IMG/VR virus record: IMGVR_UViG_3300028586_000039
Location: 1-42,207 of that record
Direction: 5' to 3' (one strand)
From: a virus
Lineage: Duplodnaviria > Caudoviricetes
Length of the DNA stretch: 42,207 nt
The position numbers and the translations under genes were made by a program. Of the stretch, positions 18,986 to 26,813 are shown one piece after another; position 1 is the first letter of the stretch; each line of letters opens with the position of its first letter. The notes beneath the pieces are model-generated. The model worked only from the letters and a program-made list of their open reading frames with translations, was not told where the DNA came from and searched no databases.

Positions 18986-19050
18986 CCGGAGCATCAGCGA
19001 ATGAACAACAGCAGCTTCGCGACCCAAGCGGTCGCAGGAGGGTCTGACGC

Positions 19051-19590
19051 ATGAACGCAACCGCAACCAGCAACTATATCGGTGAGGCGATGAAGGCGAC
19101 GGCGACACTGGCGCCGCCTTCGCTGGCCGATAATCCGGGGCTGCTCGCTTGGAACCTGTTCGTCATGACCGCGGCCATGTGCCTCGGGATCATGATGGCC
19201 GGGCGCCAGGCGCGCCGCATCTGGGCCGCTCGAAGCATTGACCACCCGACGGACCCGGTTTCCGTCTATCGGATCATCATCTTTCTCGCCGGCTGCGCGG
19301 TTGCAAGCCGCGGCGCAGCGGAAGCCGTCAGCCTATGGTCATGGTCGTCTGGAGATGCCGCCACGATCGAGCGCGTCGCGGAAATGAAGCGATGGCTTGA
19401 TCCGCTGTCTGTCGGCTGCGGCTTCGTCTGGATGACGCTGCATACCTTGGCCGAGCCAATGATCGAGTACCAGCTACGCAAGGCCCCGATCCCCGTTGAT
19501 ATGTATTCGCGGTGGCCGCAGCTTCGCCGTCCGGTCTACATCCTGCTCGTCAGCCTCTTGATGGCGGCTGCTGCCGTCGGCCTGCGGTAA
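19051..19590 (+). CDS. Multi-pass membrane protein of lysis cassette
   Basis: About 4 hydrophobic segments; AGGAGG RBS; precedes holin-like gene. Confidence 0.7.
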   Translation: MNATATSNYIGEAMKATATLAPPSLADNPGLLAWNLFVMTAAMCLGIMMAGRQARRIWAARSIDHPTDPVSVYRIIIFLAGCAVASRGAAEAVSLWSWSSGDAATIERVAEMKRWLDPLSVGCGFVWMTLHTLAEPMIEYQLRKAPIPVDMYSRWPQLRRPVYILLVSLLMAAAAVGLR

Positions 19591-20000
19591 TGAAAGAGGG
19601 GGTCGTATCGGTTGCACCGCCGCTAACGGTGCCCGTCGTCTGGTCGTTCCTCGGCTACCACTTCCCGGCCGGCTCTATGGTCGTCGGGCTTTTGGCCTGC
19701 CTTATGGTCCGCCTGTTCATTACTCTCGACACCCCCGGTCCCAAGCGCTGGTTGCTTGACGGGATCGTCACCGGCCTTGCCTTGCTCGTCACCGCGGTCT
19801 GGATCGCCGAGCAGCAGGTTGATCTATTCGCCGCGCTCGGCACCGGCGGGTCCGCGGGCGCGATCGGCGCGGGCATCATCAGCTTTTTCAAACGCCGGGG
19901 GCAAAGCGCGATCGACGCGCTCGACGCCGTGCTTCCAGGCAAGCCAGTAGTGCCGGCCGACATGACCGCCACTCTGCGCGAGATCGATAAGAAGGCATAA
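19590..20000 (+). CDS. Putative holin
   Basis: 136 aa from ATG 19590 (overlaps upstream TAA); about 3 TM segments and charged C-terminus; upstream of endolysin. Confidence 0.6.
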   Translation: MKEGVVSVAPPLTVPVVWSFLGYHFPAGSMVVGLLACLMVRLFITLDTPGPKRWLLDGIVTGLALLVTAVWIAEQQVDLFAALGTGGSAGAIGAGIISFFKRRGQSAIDALDAVLPGKPVVPADMTATLREIDKKA

Positions 20001-20123
20001 CGCGCCCCGCCGACCATTTGGGGGGTGAGGCGGGGCGCGGGGCACCGGGGGAGGCGACCCGCCCCTTAGATGTGCACCCCCTCCGCTCGAACAAGACAGC
20101 GATCACGACCAAAGGAGATATCT

Positions 20124-20780
20124 ATGCCGACGGCCCTTGCGCCGGCGATGGCGACGCCGCGCGCGCTCGCCAAGCCGAAGGCGTTCTACGATCGGATTCG
20201 CCCGCTCTTCACCGGCGGCACCATCAACGCGCTTCAGCTCGCGGGCATCCAGTGCAAGCTCGATGCCTTCGGCGCGGCGGGCGCGCCGATCGCCTACGTC
20301 GCCTACGGGCTTGCGACCTCGTTCTGGGAGACCGGGCAGAAGATGCAGCCGGTCGAAGAGATCGGCCGTGGGCGTGGGAAGGCGTATGGCATTCCCGGCA
20401 TCCATGCAGGCCAAGTTCCCTACGGCCGCGGCGACGTGCAGCTGACGTGGCCAGCGAATTACGCGCGCGCGGATGCAGAGCTCGGCCTCAAGGGCACGCT
20501 GATCCGGAATTATAATCGTGCGCTCGAACCGATGATCTCGGCGCGCATCATGGTCGAGGGCATGCTTGAGGGCTGGTTCACTGGCCGGAAGCTGTCGAGC
20601 TATTTGCCGACTGATCGGTTCGCGACGCTCGCCGAGTTCACCCAAGCTCGCCGCATCATCAACGGGACCGATCGCGCCGCTCTGATCGCCGCGCTCGCTG
20701 CGGCCTTCCAAGACGCGCTCGCGCTCGGCGGTTGGAGACCCGTCCTGGCGCCGGGGCCTGATCTGTCGCGGCTCGCCTGA
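20124..20780 (+). CDS. Endolysin, glycoside hydrolase family 19-like
   Basis: LAT..WET...M.P.EE, YGRG.VQLTW..NY, ARRIINGTD motifs; AAAGGAG RBS before ATG 20124. Confidence 0.88.
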   Translation: MPTALAPAMATPRALAKPKAFYDRIRPLFTGGTINALQLAGIQCKLDAFGAAGAPIAYVAYGLATSFWETGQKMQPVEEIGRGRGKAYGIPGIHAGQVPYGRGDVQLTWPANYARADAELGLKGTLIRNYNRALEPMISARIMVEGMLEGWFTGRKLSSYLPTDRFATLAEFTQARRIINGTDRAALIAALAAAFQDALALGGWRPVLAPGPDLSRLA

Positions 20781-20902
20781 GCCGGCGCCACACCGCCACC
20801 AACCATTTCGCCAGCCGTACCATGCCGCCCGCCTACACCCCGGGCGGCGCGCTGCCGGCTGAACCAATCCGACACCTCTGGTTCAAGCAAGGAGCATCCA
20901 TC

Positions 20903-21268
20903 ATGAAAATCCTCGGCATCACGCTGCCCTTCGGCAAGAAGACCGTCGCCGCGGTCGAAGAGTTCGCGCTCAACGAGCTCGACAAGGCAATCGCTGCGGC
21001 GAAGCGCACCACCCTTGGGGGCGCCGTAGCCTCGGCGATCCACGTGGCAGAGCAGACCGGCGGATCGTCTGTCGAGAAGCTTGCTAGTGCCGTCGCTGCC
21101 GTCACCCCGGCAGTGATCGCCTATGTCGCGAAGGGCGGCGTAAAGGCTGTCGAGGCGGACGTCGAGCAGTTCGCCAAGCAGCTGATCGAGAGCACGCTTG
21201 CCGATCTCAAGCCGACGAAGGCGGTGACGATCGGCCGGGCAATCCTTTCGATCCTCGGCATTCGGTGA
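20903..21268 (+). CDS. Amphipathic helical hypothetical protein (lysis accessory?)
   Basis: AAGGAG RBS before ATG 20903; 121 aa, Ala/Lys-rich, hydrophobic-cationic ends. Confidence 0.7.
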   Translation: MKILGITLPFGKKTVAAVEEFALNELDKAIAAAKRTTLGGAVASAIHVAEQTGGSSVEKLASAVAAVTPAVIAYVAKGGVKAVEADVEQFAKQLIESTLADLKPTKAVTIGRAILSILGIR

Positions 21269-21504
21269 GTGGCACCGGCCGGGTCGTCCACGTCGATGCC
21301 GGCACCGTCCCCAACACCAACCAGGCGGCGCGGCGCGTGCTGGTCGACCGCCCGAGCGGCGAGCGCCTCCTGTTCTACGTCCCGATCGGCGACGATCCCC
21401 CCGAGGGCGCGCTGATCAGCTGGGGCCCCCGACACGCATGGTGGTCCGGCCACCGCGTTCACAAGCTCAGCAACGAAATTGACCCCGACGCGCCCTTGCG
21501 CTGA
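21265..21504 (+). CDS. Hypothetical protein
   Basis: 79 aa, GTGA overlap with upstream gene. Confidence 0.55.
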   Translation: MSGTGRVVHVDAGTVPNTNQAARRVLVDRPSGERLLFYVPIGDDPPEGALISWGPRHAWWSGHRVHKLSNEIDPDAPLR

Positions 21505-21522
21505 TCAAGAGAAGGATTGACC

Positions 21523-22077
21523 ATGCCCCAGCTTTCCACCGCCGTTCGCAATGCGATGGGCAACGCAATTGAGACGGCGATCGGCGCCTCGCCCGTGCTC
21601 GAATATCGGACCGGCTTGCCGCCGGCCTCTCCCGCTTCGGCTTCGACCGGCACCCTGCTGATGTCCGGTACGCTGCCGGCCGATTGGGCTGCGGATGCGG
21701 CGAACGGCGTGAAGTCGTTCAATGCCAACATGAAGGCAGATGCGGCCGTTGGGGCCGGCTATGCCGGTCACTTCCGCGTCAAGGCGAGCGATGGCACCTA
21801 CCACATGCAGGGCCTCGTTTCCGAGAATTGGACCGCCGCGAAGGCGTATGTCGTCGGGCAACAGGTAAACCTCAACGGCAACGTCTATCGTGCCACGACC
21901 GCCGGCACTGCGGCGGCAAGCGGTGGTCCGACCGGCACGGGAACCGGCGTCACCGACGGCACCGTGACCTGGGCGTATGCAGGCCCGGTCGATCTCATCC
22001 TGACCAACACGAATATCGCGGTCGGACAGGACGGCATCACCCTGAACACCTACCAGCTGACGATGCCGAACGGCTAA
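21523..22077 (+). CDS. Virion structural protein with inserted carbohydrate-binding-like module
   Basis: AVRNA..., TG..PA......GTLL, G.AGHFR core; W.A.KAY.VGQ.V..NGNVYRA...GT insert resembles CBM5/12-type modules. Confidence 0.65.
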   Translation: MPQLSTAVRNAMGNAIETAIGASPVLEYRTGLPPASPASASTGTLLMSGTLPADWAADAANGVKSFNANMKADAAVGAGYAGHFRVKASDGTYHMQGLVSENWTAAKAYVVGQQVNLNGNVYRATTAGTAAASGGPTGTGTGVTDGTVTWAYAGPVDLILTNTNIAVGQDGITLNTYQLTMPNG

Positions 22078-22080
22078 GCC

Positions 22081-23583
22081 ATGGCGACGCGCGCTTGGCT
22101 CCCATCCGATGCGACGTCGGCCACCCTTGTCGGGTGGCTCGACGCGCAAGACGCGTCCACGCTGACGGTCGAGGCCGGCGGCGGGGTCAGCGCGTGGCGC
22201 AGCAAGGTCGGAGGCTGGGGTGTCACCCAGACAACGGCCGGCAACCAGCCGCCATATTCGACTTACAACAATCTACCCGCCGTCTTTCCGACGGCCGATT
22301 CGCAGTTCCTGAGCGGGACGGCTCCCTCCGCCTTGCCAACCGGGGGCGACGCGGGATCGATGACCGGCGTCGCCACGGTCATCGCCTACCGCAACACCTA
22401 CTCCACGCTGTTCTATTGGGGGTCGGCGAACCAGAACAAGGCGCGCTCGATTGCCGCAACGGGCAATGCGGTGTCATCCGGCTATTACGGCAATGACGTG
22501 CAAGGCAACGTCGCCTGGCCCGGTTTCACTCGCCTGTTCATCTCGTCGATCTCGGCAACCGGATATGCCGAGCAGTGGGTCGACGGCGGCCCCGTGCAGG
22601 GCGCGCAGAAGAACGTCCTGTCCACCCCGGCGACGTCGACGTTCTGGGTTGGTCGCAGCATCAACGGCGATCCGTGGCGGAACCCGATCCAGGAAATCTG
22701 CCTGTGGAAGGGGACGCTGTCGGCTGACGAGCGCGCGAAGCTTGAGGGCTATTACGCCTGGCGGTGGAACCTCGTCAGCCAGTTGCCCGCCTCGCACGCG
22801 TACAAGGCGGCCGCACCGACGATCAATGACAGCGCGGGCGGCGAGGCTGCATCTGGTGCGACCGCACTCGGCAACATCGCGACCACGGCGGGCGGCGCGC
22901 TGGTGATCATGGGCGGCGCTGCTCTGGCGCTGGCTTCTGTCGCTGTCACCAGCCTCGGCGCCGCGGCCGTCAGTGGATCGGCTGGCGTATCGCTACAGCC
23001 GATTGGAGCGGCAGGGTCGGGCGGGTCTGCCTCCAAGGCCTCGCTCTCCACTGCGCTGTCGCCGCTCACATCGTCCGGCCTTGGGTTGGCCACGCTTGCC
23101 AGCTCGGGCTCGCCGATCGTTGCTCCGGTTGTCGGCACGGGCTCCGGCAGCAGCACGCCGATCGTCGGCGGGCAGGGTGCGGCAACGCTTGCCCCGGTCA
23201 CGCTAGCGGCCTTCGCCGCCTCGTCGACCGCCGGCACCGCAACCTCGACGCTCGGCCGAATCGGCGTCGTCGGCACCGGCCGCACGGCAGCAGGCGGCAC
23301 CGGCGCGATCGCTATGGGCGGGGTGTCGGCGGCTGGCGGCGTGGCGGCGCTTATCGTCGGGCAGGGATCGTCCCAGCTTGCGTCGGCGATGGCCACCGGC
23401 CGGGCGTCCGGCGTCATGACCGGTTCGGGCGGCGGCGTTCTGGGGGTGATCGTCGGCACCGGCAAGGGATCGCCGCCGGCACCGGCGATAATCGTTCCGC
23501 CGGGACGCAGCCTCACGCTGACCACAACCGGCAGTCGACGCCTTGCGCTCAGCACCACCGGCTCCCGCCGCCTCACCATCTGA
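22081..23583 (+). CDS. Fibre-like protein: LamG/lectin-like N-domain plus about ten 21-aa Gly/Ala/Ser repeats
   Basis: WLDA.D.ST...V..W.SK, I.EI......LS..ER.KLEGY.AW.W motifs; 21-aa periodicity in the C-terminal half. Confidence 0.7.
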   Translation: MATRAWLPSDATSATLVGWLDAQDASTLTVEAGGGVSAWRSKVGGWGVTQTTAGNQPPYSTYNNLPAVFPTADSQFLSGTAPSALPTGGDAGSMTGVATVIAYRNTYSTLFYWGSANQNKARSIAATGNAVSSGYYGNDVQGNVAWPGFTRLFISSISATGYAEQWVDGGPVQGAQKNVLSTPATSTFWVGRSINGDPWRNPIQEICLWKGTLSADERAKLEGYYAWRWNLVSQLPASHAYKAAAPTINDSAGGEAASGATALGNIATTAGGALVIMGGAALALASVAVTSLGAAAVSGSAGVSLQPIGAAGSGGSASKASLSTALSPLTSSGLGLATLASSGSPIVAPVVGTGSGSSTPIVGGQGAATLAPVTLAAFAASSTAGTATSTLGRIGVVGTGRTAAGGTGAIAMGGVSAAGGVAALIVGQGSSQLASAMATGRASGVMTGSGGGVLGVIVGTGKGSPPAPAIIVPPGRSLTLTTTGSRRLALSTTGSRRLTI

Positions 23584-23604
23584 TCGTCCAAGGAGGACAA
23601 CCCT

Positions 23605-23979
23605 ATGGCTCTCCCGCCGGGCGCGAAAGCGTTCACCCAGCCGCTCGACCCGACCGACATCGACGTTTTCGAGCTGACGATCGGTCAAAGCGGCGCCGAC
23701 GATCTTCTCGCGCCCGGCGAGGCTGTCGCAGCCTTCGGGCTGGCGGTAACCGCCGAAGCTGCGGCGGCCGGCCTGCGCATCATGACGGAGGACGGCCGCG
23801 CGCCATCCCTCGTCGGGCTGCTGCTGCGGTTCTGGCTGACGGTCGACACGTCGCAGTTCGGCGCCGCGGCCTTCTCAGGCGCCGGTATCGACCTGGGGCT
23901 CGAGTTGACGGTCAAGACGACATCGACCCCGTATCGCACGAAACAGAAAACCCTCATCGTAAAGGTGGCACAGCAATGA
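23605..23979 (+). CDS. Small beta-rich virion adaptor-like protein
   Basis: AGGAGG RBS; DP.D.D.F, LL..GE, T.....RT..KT....V pattern. Confidence 0.6.
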   Translation: MALPPGAKAFTQPLDPTDIDVFELTIGQSGADDLLAPGEAVAAFGLAVTAEAAAAGLRIMTEDGRAPSLVGLLLRFWLTVDTSQFGAAAFSGAGIDLGLELTVKTTSTPYRTKQKTLIVKVAQQ

Positions 23980-24242
23980 CCGATCAGATCACCGGCGTCG
24001 TCGACAATGGCGGTACCGCCGAAGCAGATTTCCCGGTCTACAAGGGCACGGTCGGCACCCGCACCCGCAACGGCTCCGACCTGATCGAGGTCGCCTATCG
24101 GGGCGAGGTGACGATCGAGCGCTTGCCGACCACCGGCAAGCTGGGCGCCGAGGACGTCGAGATCCTCACCCTGGAGCGCAGCGCCACCGATCGGAAGATG
24201 ATGGTCGCGACCGTCCGGCCGGCCTTCACCAAAACGGCTTAG
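23976..24242 (+). CDS. Hypothetical protein
   Basis: 88 aa, ATGA overlap, last gene of the rightward late block. Confidence 0.6.
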   Translation: MTDQITGVVDNGGTAEADFPVYKGTVGTRTRNGSDLIEVAYRGEVTIERLPTTGKLGAEDVEILTLERSATDRKMMVATVRPAFTKTA

Positions 24243-24661
24243 CTCTTCGGCTTTGCTCGATCGATGGCGGCGGTCACGATTTCGTTGAGACGCCGCTGCA
24301 TCCGAGGCCGACGCGCACGTTCCAAGGCGCTCGCCCACCGTTCGGCATGCCGAACGTCGGCATAGTGGCCGTAGAGGACGACTTGCCGCCCGCCCCACAT
24401 GCCCTTCCATCCTTGGTGCGTGAAGATCACGTTCCACCCGCCAACAGCGGTGGCAGGGGCAACGTGGAAGCCGTGCTCTGACACGTCCTCGACCGCCTCG
24501 GCGGCCAATTGCTGGACCGCTAGAGCAGTCCTCTTTTCGATGGGCTTGTCTCCGCGCTCCATCATGCCGACGAAGGTGCCGGTAAGGCCGAGGGCTTCTG
24601 CCATCTGGCCTTGGGTCATTCCGATCCTCTTACGGATCGCTCTTAGATGTTCTGCTTGCAT
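24239..24661 (-). CDS. XRE-family HTH regulator with extra C-terminal domain
   Basis: LRAIRKRIGMTQGQMAEALG....V.MMERG.KPI. Confidence 0.88.
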   Translation of the reverse strand: MQAEHLRAIRKRIGMTQGQMAEALGLTGTFVGMMERGDKPIEKRTALAVQQLAAEAVEDVSEHGFHVAPATAVGGWNVIFTHQGWKGMWGGRQVVLYGHYADVRHAERWASALERARRPRMQRRLNEIVTAAIDRAKPKS

Positions 24662-24730
24662 ACTCTCATTCGTCCATTAATTTGGACCCTATCCCCGCCC
24701 CGGTGGTCAGACCGGGGCGAGGGGTTCAGG

Positions 24731-24799
24731 CTAGGAAATCGTGATCGCCAACAAGGTGATCCTGATCCTCCAGAGCCTGAACCGGATTGCGAACTCCAT
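24731..24799 (-). CDS. 22-aa peptide MEFAIRFRLWRIRITLLAITIS
   Basis: Below ORF-track cutoff; AAAGGA RBS 6 nt before ATG; first ORF after a near-consensus promoter. Confidence 0.65.
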   Translation of the reverse strand: MEFAIRFRLWRIRITLLAITIS

Positions 24800-24860
24800 T
24801 CGCGTTCCTTTCAGGTCGTCGGCGGGCTTCGGCATCGCGCCTCTACCGTCCGACCCGAGA

Positions 24861-24909
24861 ATGATAACTCAGTTACTGAGTAAGTGCAAGCCGAAAAGTA
24901 ACTGAGTTA
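24861..24909 (-). promoter_or_regulatory. Sigma70-type promoter TTGCAC-N17-TATCAT with two inverted 13-bp operators
   Basis: -35 at 24884-24889, -10 at 24861-24866; TAACTCAGTTACT (24865-24877) and its exact reverse complement (24897-24909). Confidence 0.82.
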
Positions 24910-24913
24910 CATT

Positions 24914-25198
24914 TTATTGGGTTGCCGCCGCGCCGCAGTCGAGCAGACCAGTGAGGTGCGACCCCTCCCAATATTCATCCTTCATCCTGCAACCAGTAGC
25001 GGCGATAACGGCCTTGCGCATGCTGTCGCCGCGCTCGGGCGTTCGCATGACGACGATCGACTTGTTGAAGGCCGACACCTTCCGTCCCTTGATGAAGACG
25101 CGGTAGGTCTGCCCGTCGACCTCTACCTTGTGGTTGCCTTGCGCGGGAGGCGCCGCGGGCGCGGTTTGAATGGCGATCAGCGCTAAGATCGAGAACAT
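24914..25198 (-). CDS. Secreted hypothetical protein
   Basis: Hydrophobic N-terminus then APAAPPA linker; two Cys; GGAG RBS. Confidence 0.7.
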   Translation of the reverse strand: MFSILALIAIQTAPAAPPAQGNHKVEVDGQTYRVFIKGRKVSAFNKSIVVMRTPERGDSMRKAVIAATGCRMKDEYWEGSHLTGLLDCGAAATQ

Positions 25199-25216
25199 GC
25201 GATCACTCCGGGGGGA

Positions 25217-25471
25217 CTAAAACGGGACCTTTTCGGCCTCGGATTCATCCTTGGCCAAGAACGAGCGGGTCGCTCGATCCCAAGACGACATTGTCACCTC
25301 CGTCTCAACAAGCTCGTATTCCTCCGCGAGGTGCATATCGCGCGGGTGCTCAACTGGTCCGGCCCGTAAAAAGGTGCCGGCACCCGATTCGTGCGGCTCG
25401 AACAGCAGCACCGACTTACGGTCGAAGCTGACGGGGCGTCCGTCCATGTGGTTGAAATGCAGCAGTTCCAC
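25217..25471 (-). CDS. Hypothetical protein
   Basis: 84 aa, GTG start after GGAG. Confidence 0.6.
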   Translation of the reverse strand: MELLHFNHMDGRPVSFDRKSVLLFEPHESGAGTFLRAGPVEHPRDMHLAEEYELVETEVTMSSWDRATRSFLAKDESEAEKVPF

Positions 25472-25538
25472 GACTCACTCCGCTAAGACGAGGCGGCATG
25501 ATGCGCTTCGAGATCGCTGGCGCCAAGCACGACGTTGA

Positions 25539-25745
25539 TCACCATTCGAGAGGACGCGGTTCCGCCCCGGAACAGCGCGCAGCATAGATGTCCTCGATCT
25601 GCCAATAGACCCGCGCCCACCATGCCCGGCGATCGGGACGGTCAGCCCCGGCGTTCCGCGATGCTCTGCGAGCAAGCCGAACGGCGGCGCGCATCGGCAT
25701 GGCGGCAAGCAAGCTGTTTGCCTTTTCCCATATATCGAGCGTCAC
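25539..25745 (-). CDS. Hypothetical protein
   Basis: GTGA overlap with upstream gene; 68 aa, Arg/Trp-rich. Confidence 0.5.
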   Translation of the reverse strand: MTLDIWEKANSLLAAMPMRAAVRLARRASRNAGADRPDRRAWWARVYWQIEDIYAARCSGAEPRPLEW

Positions 25746-26131
25746 CGGCCGGCCCTCCGGTCGGCAAGCGCCCATAGATCCCGCACCCCGAGCCCGCGCT
25801 CGTCCAGGCCGAAGTAATCAGCCAGCCGACGGTGCTCATCCGGCTTCAGCGCGATCGGCGTGCCGTCGGTGACGAAGCGGCGCAAATAGCCGTCGTTCCG
25901 CCCAAGCATGCGGGACAAGGCCGCGTAGCTATCCCGACCGGCGTTGATCGCGGCGGCCAATGCGGCGCGAGGATCGGCCTCGCGCTTGTCGATGCGCCTC
26001 GATTGTCGGGCCTCGCGCTCACCGGCGGCCGGCGCGAGGCGTGCCTTGCGCTTCGCCTCGTTGCGAGACAGCTCAGCCAGATACCAGCGATCGTAGACAA
26101 CCGTCCGCGTTTGATCTGCTGTCAGATGCAT
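25742..26131 (-). CDS. Stand-alone HTH-like protein
   Basis: SYAALSRMLGRNDGYLRRFV..GTP..L....R.LADYFG resembles the DNA-binding half of alphaproteobacterial HTH-S24 regulators. Confidence 0.6.
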   Translation of the reverse strand: MHLTADQTRTVVYDRWYLAELSRNEAKRKARLAPAAGEREARQSRRIDKREADPRAALAAAINAGRDSYAALSRMLGRNDGYLRRFVTDGTPIALKPDEHRRLADYFGLDERGLGVRDLWALADRRAGR

Positions 26132-26334
26132 AGATAGTCCAACTCGGCGTCATCGAGCGCGGCGAACATATCGCCCTCTGCCTGCATGGCAGAGAGGTGG
26201 GCGCGGATCACGCCAACGTCACCGCTCTTCGGGAAGCGCCGATCGGCGGCGGCGCCGGCCGCGAGCTGACCGATCAGGCCGCCGCGATCCTTCTGCTGCA
26301 CCAGCCATGCACCGAAGGGCAGGGGCCGTTCCAT
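26122..26334 (-). CDS. YozE-family (SAM-like) protein
   Basis: F..WL.QQ.DR...IG.LA.....D..FPK pattern; 70 aa from ATG 26334. Confidence 0.7.
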   Translation of the reverse strand: MERPLPFGAWLVQQKDRGGLIGQLAAGAAADRRFPKSGDVGVIRAHLSAMQAEGDMFAALDDAELDYLCI

Positions 26335-26401
26335 GTACCGTTCTGGGTTGGTCGCCACGATTCTTCCTCTTGCCGACTCGGGAGCCACGCTCTTACCAGA
26401 T

Positions 26402-26416
26402 GTTCCGCATTTGTTC
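26402..26416. promoter_or_regulatory. Alphaproteobacterial LexA (SOS) box
   Basis: GTTC-CGCATTT-GTTC, exact GTTC-N7-GTTC, in the divergent intergenic gap 15 nt before the HIRAN ATG. Confidence 0.75.
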
Positions 26417-26431
26417 TACCGGGAGAGGAAC

Positions 26432-26809
26432 ATGGGATGGAACGACTTCAGCCTGCCCGCAGTCGGATGCTGGTACGAGAACGACGACGGCAGCAGCCGC
26501 CAGGACGAGCTGCGCCAGTGCGTGCCGGGTGAGTGGTTGGAGTTCGTTCGCGAGCCGGACAATCCGCACGATCACCTTGCCGTCGCGATCGTGACGGGCC
26601 GGGGGATGAAGGTCGGCTATCTCGGCCGCGACCGCGCCGGCTGGATCGCGCCGAAGATCGACCGGGGGTATCTGGTGCACGCGATCGTCGAGCGGGTGAA
26701 GGGCATCCATCTTGAGGGCGCGACGCTCGGCCTCGTCATGAGGATCAACATGGAGGGCGAAGAGCCCGAGCTTCCGATCGTCGAGGACCGAAGCTGCTGG
26801 GCGGCGTAG
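26432..26809 (+). CDS. HIRAN-domain protein
   Basis: LEFVREPDNPHD..AVAI....G.KVGYL; GAGAGG RBS before ATG 26432. Confidence 0.88.
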   Translation: MGWNDFSLPAVGCWYENDDGSSRQDELRQCVPGEWLEFVREPDNPHDHLAVAIVTGRGMKVGYLGRDRAGWIAPKIDRGYLVHAIVERVKGIHLEGATLGLVMRINMEGEEPELPIVEDRSCWAA

Positions 26810-26813
26810 AGTG

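Noticed and set aside
366-19108. Long antisense and alternate-frame ORFs (e.g. 366-1625, 3203-4894, 6737-8020, 8944-10758, 14123-15457, 17960-19108)
   Set aside because: Shadows of high-GC sense genes; Arg/Ala-rich, no motifs, fully overlapping well-supported genes
19270-19300. FLAGC lipobox-like motif as a possible o-spanin
   Set aside because: Internal (about aa 80) to a multi-pass membrane protein with no suitable start just upstream
13487-23583. Diversity-generating retroelement or invertible tail-fibre switch
   Set aside because: No reverse transcriptase or invertase in the genome and no template/variable repeat pair noticed by eye
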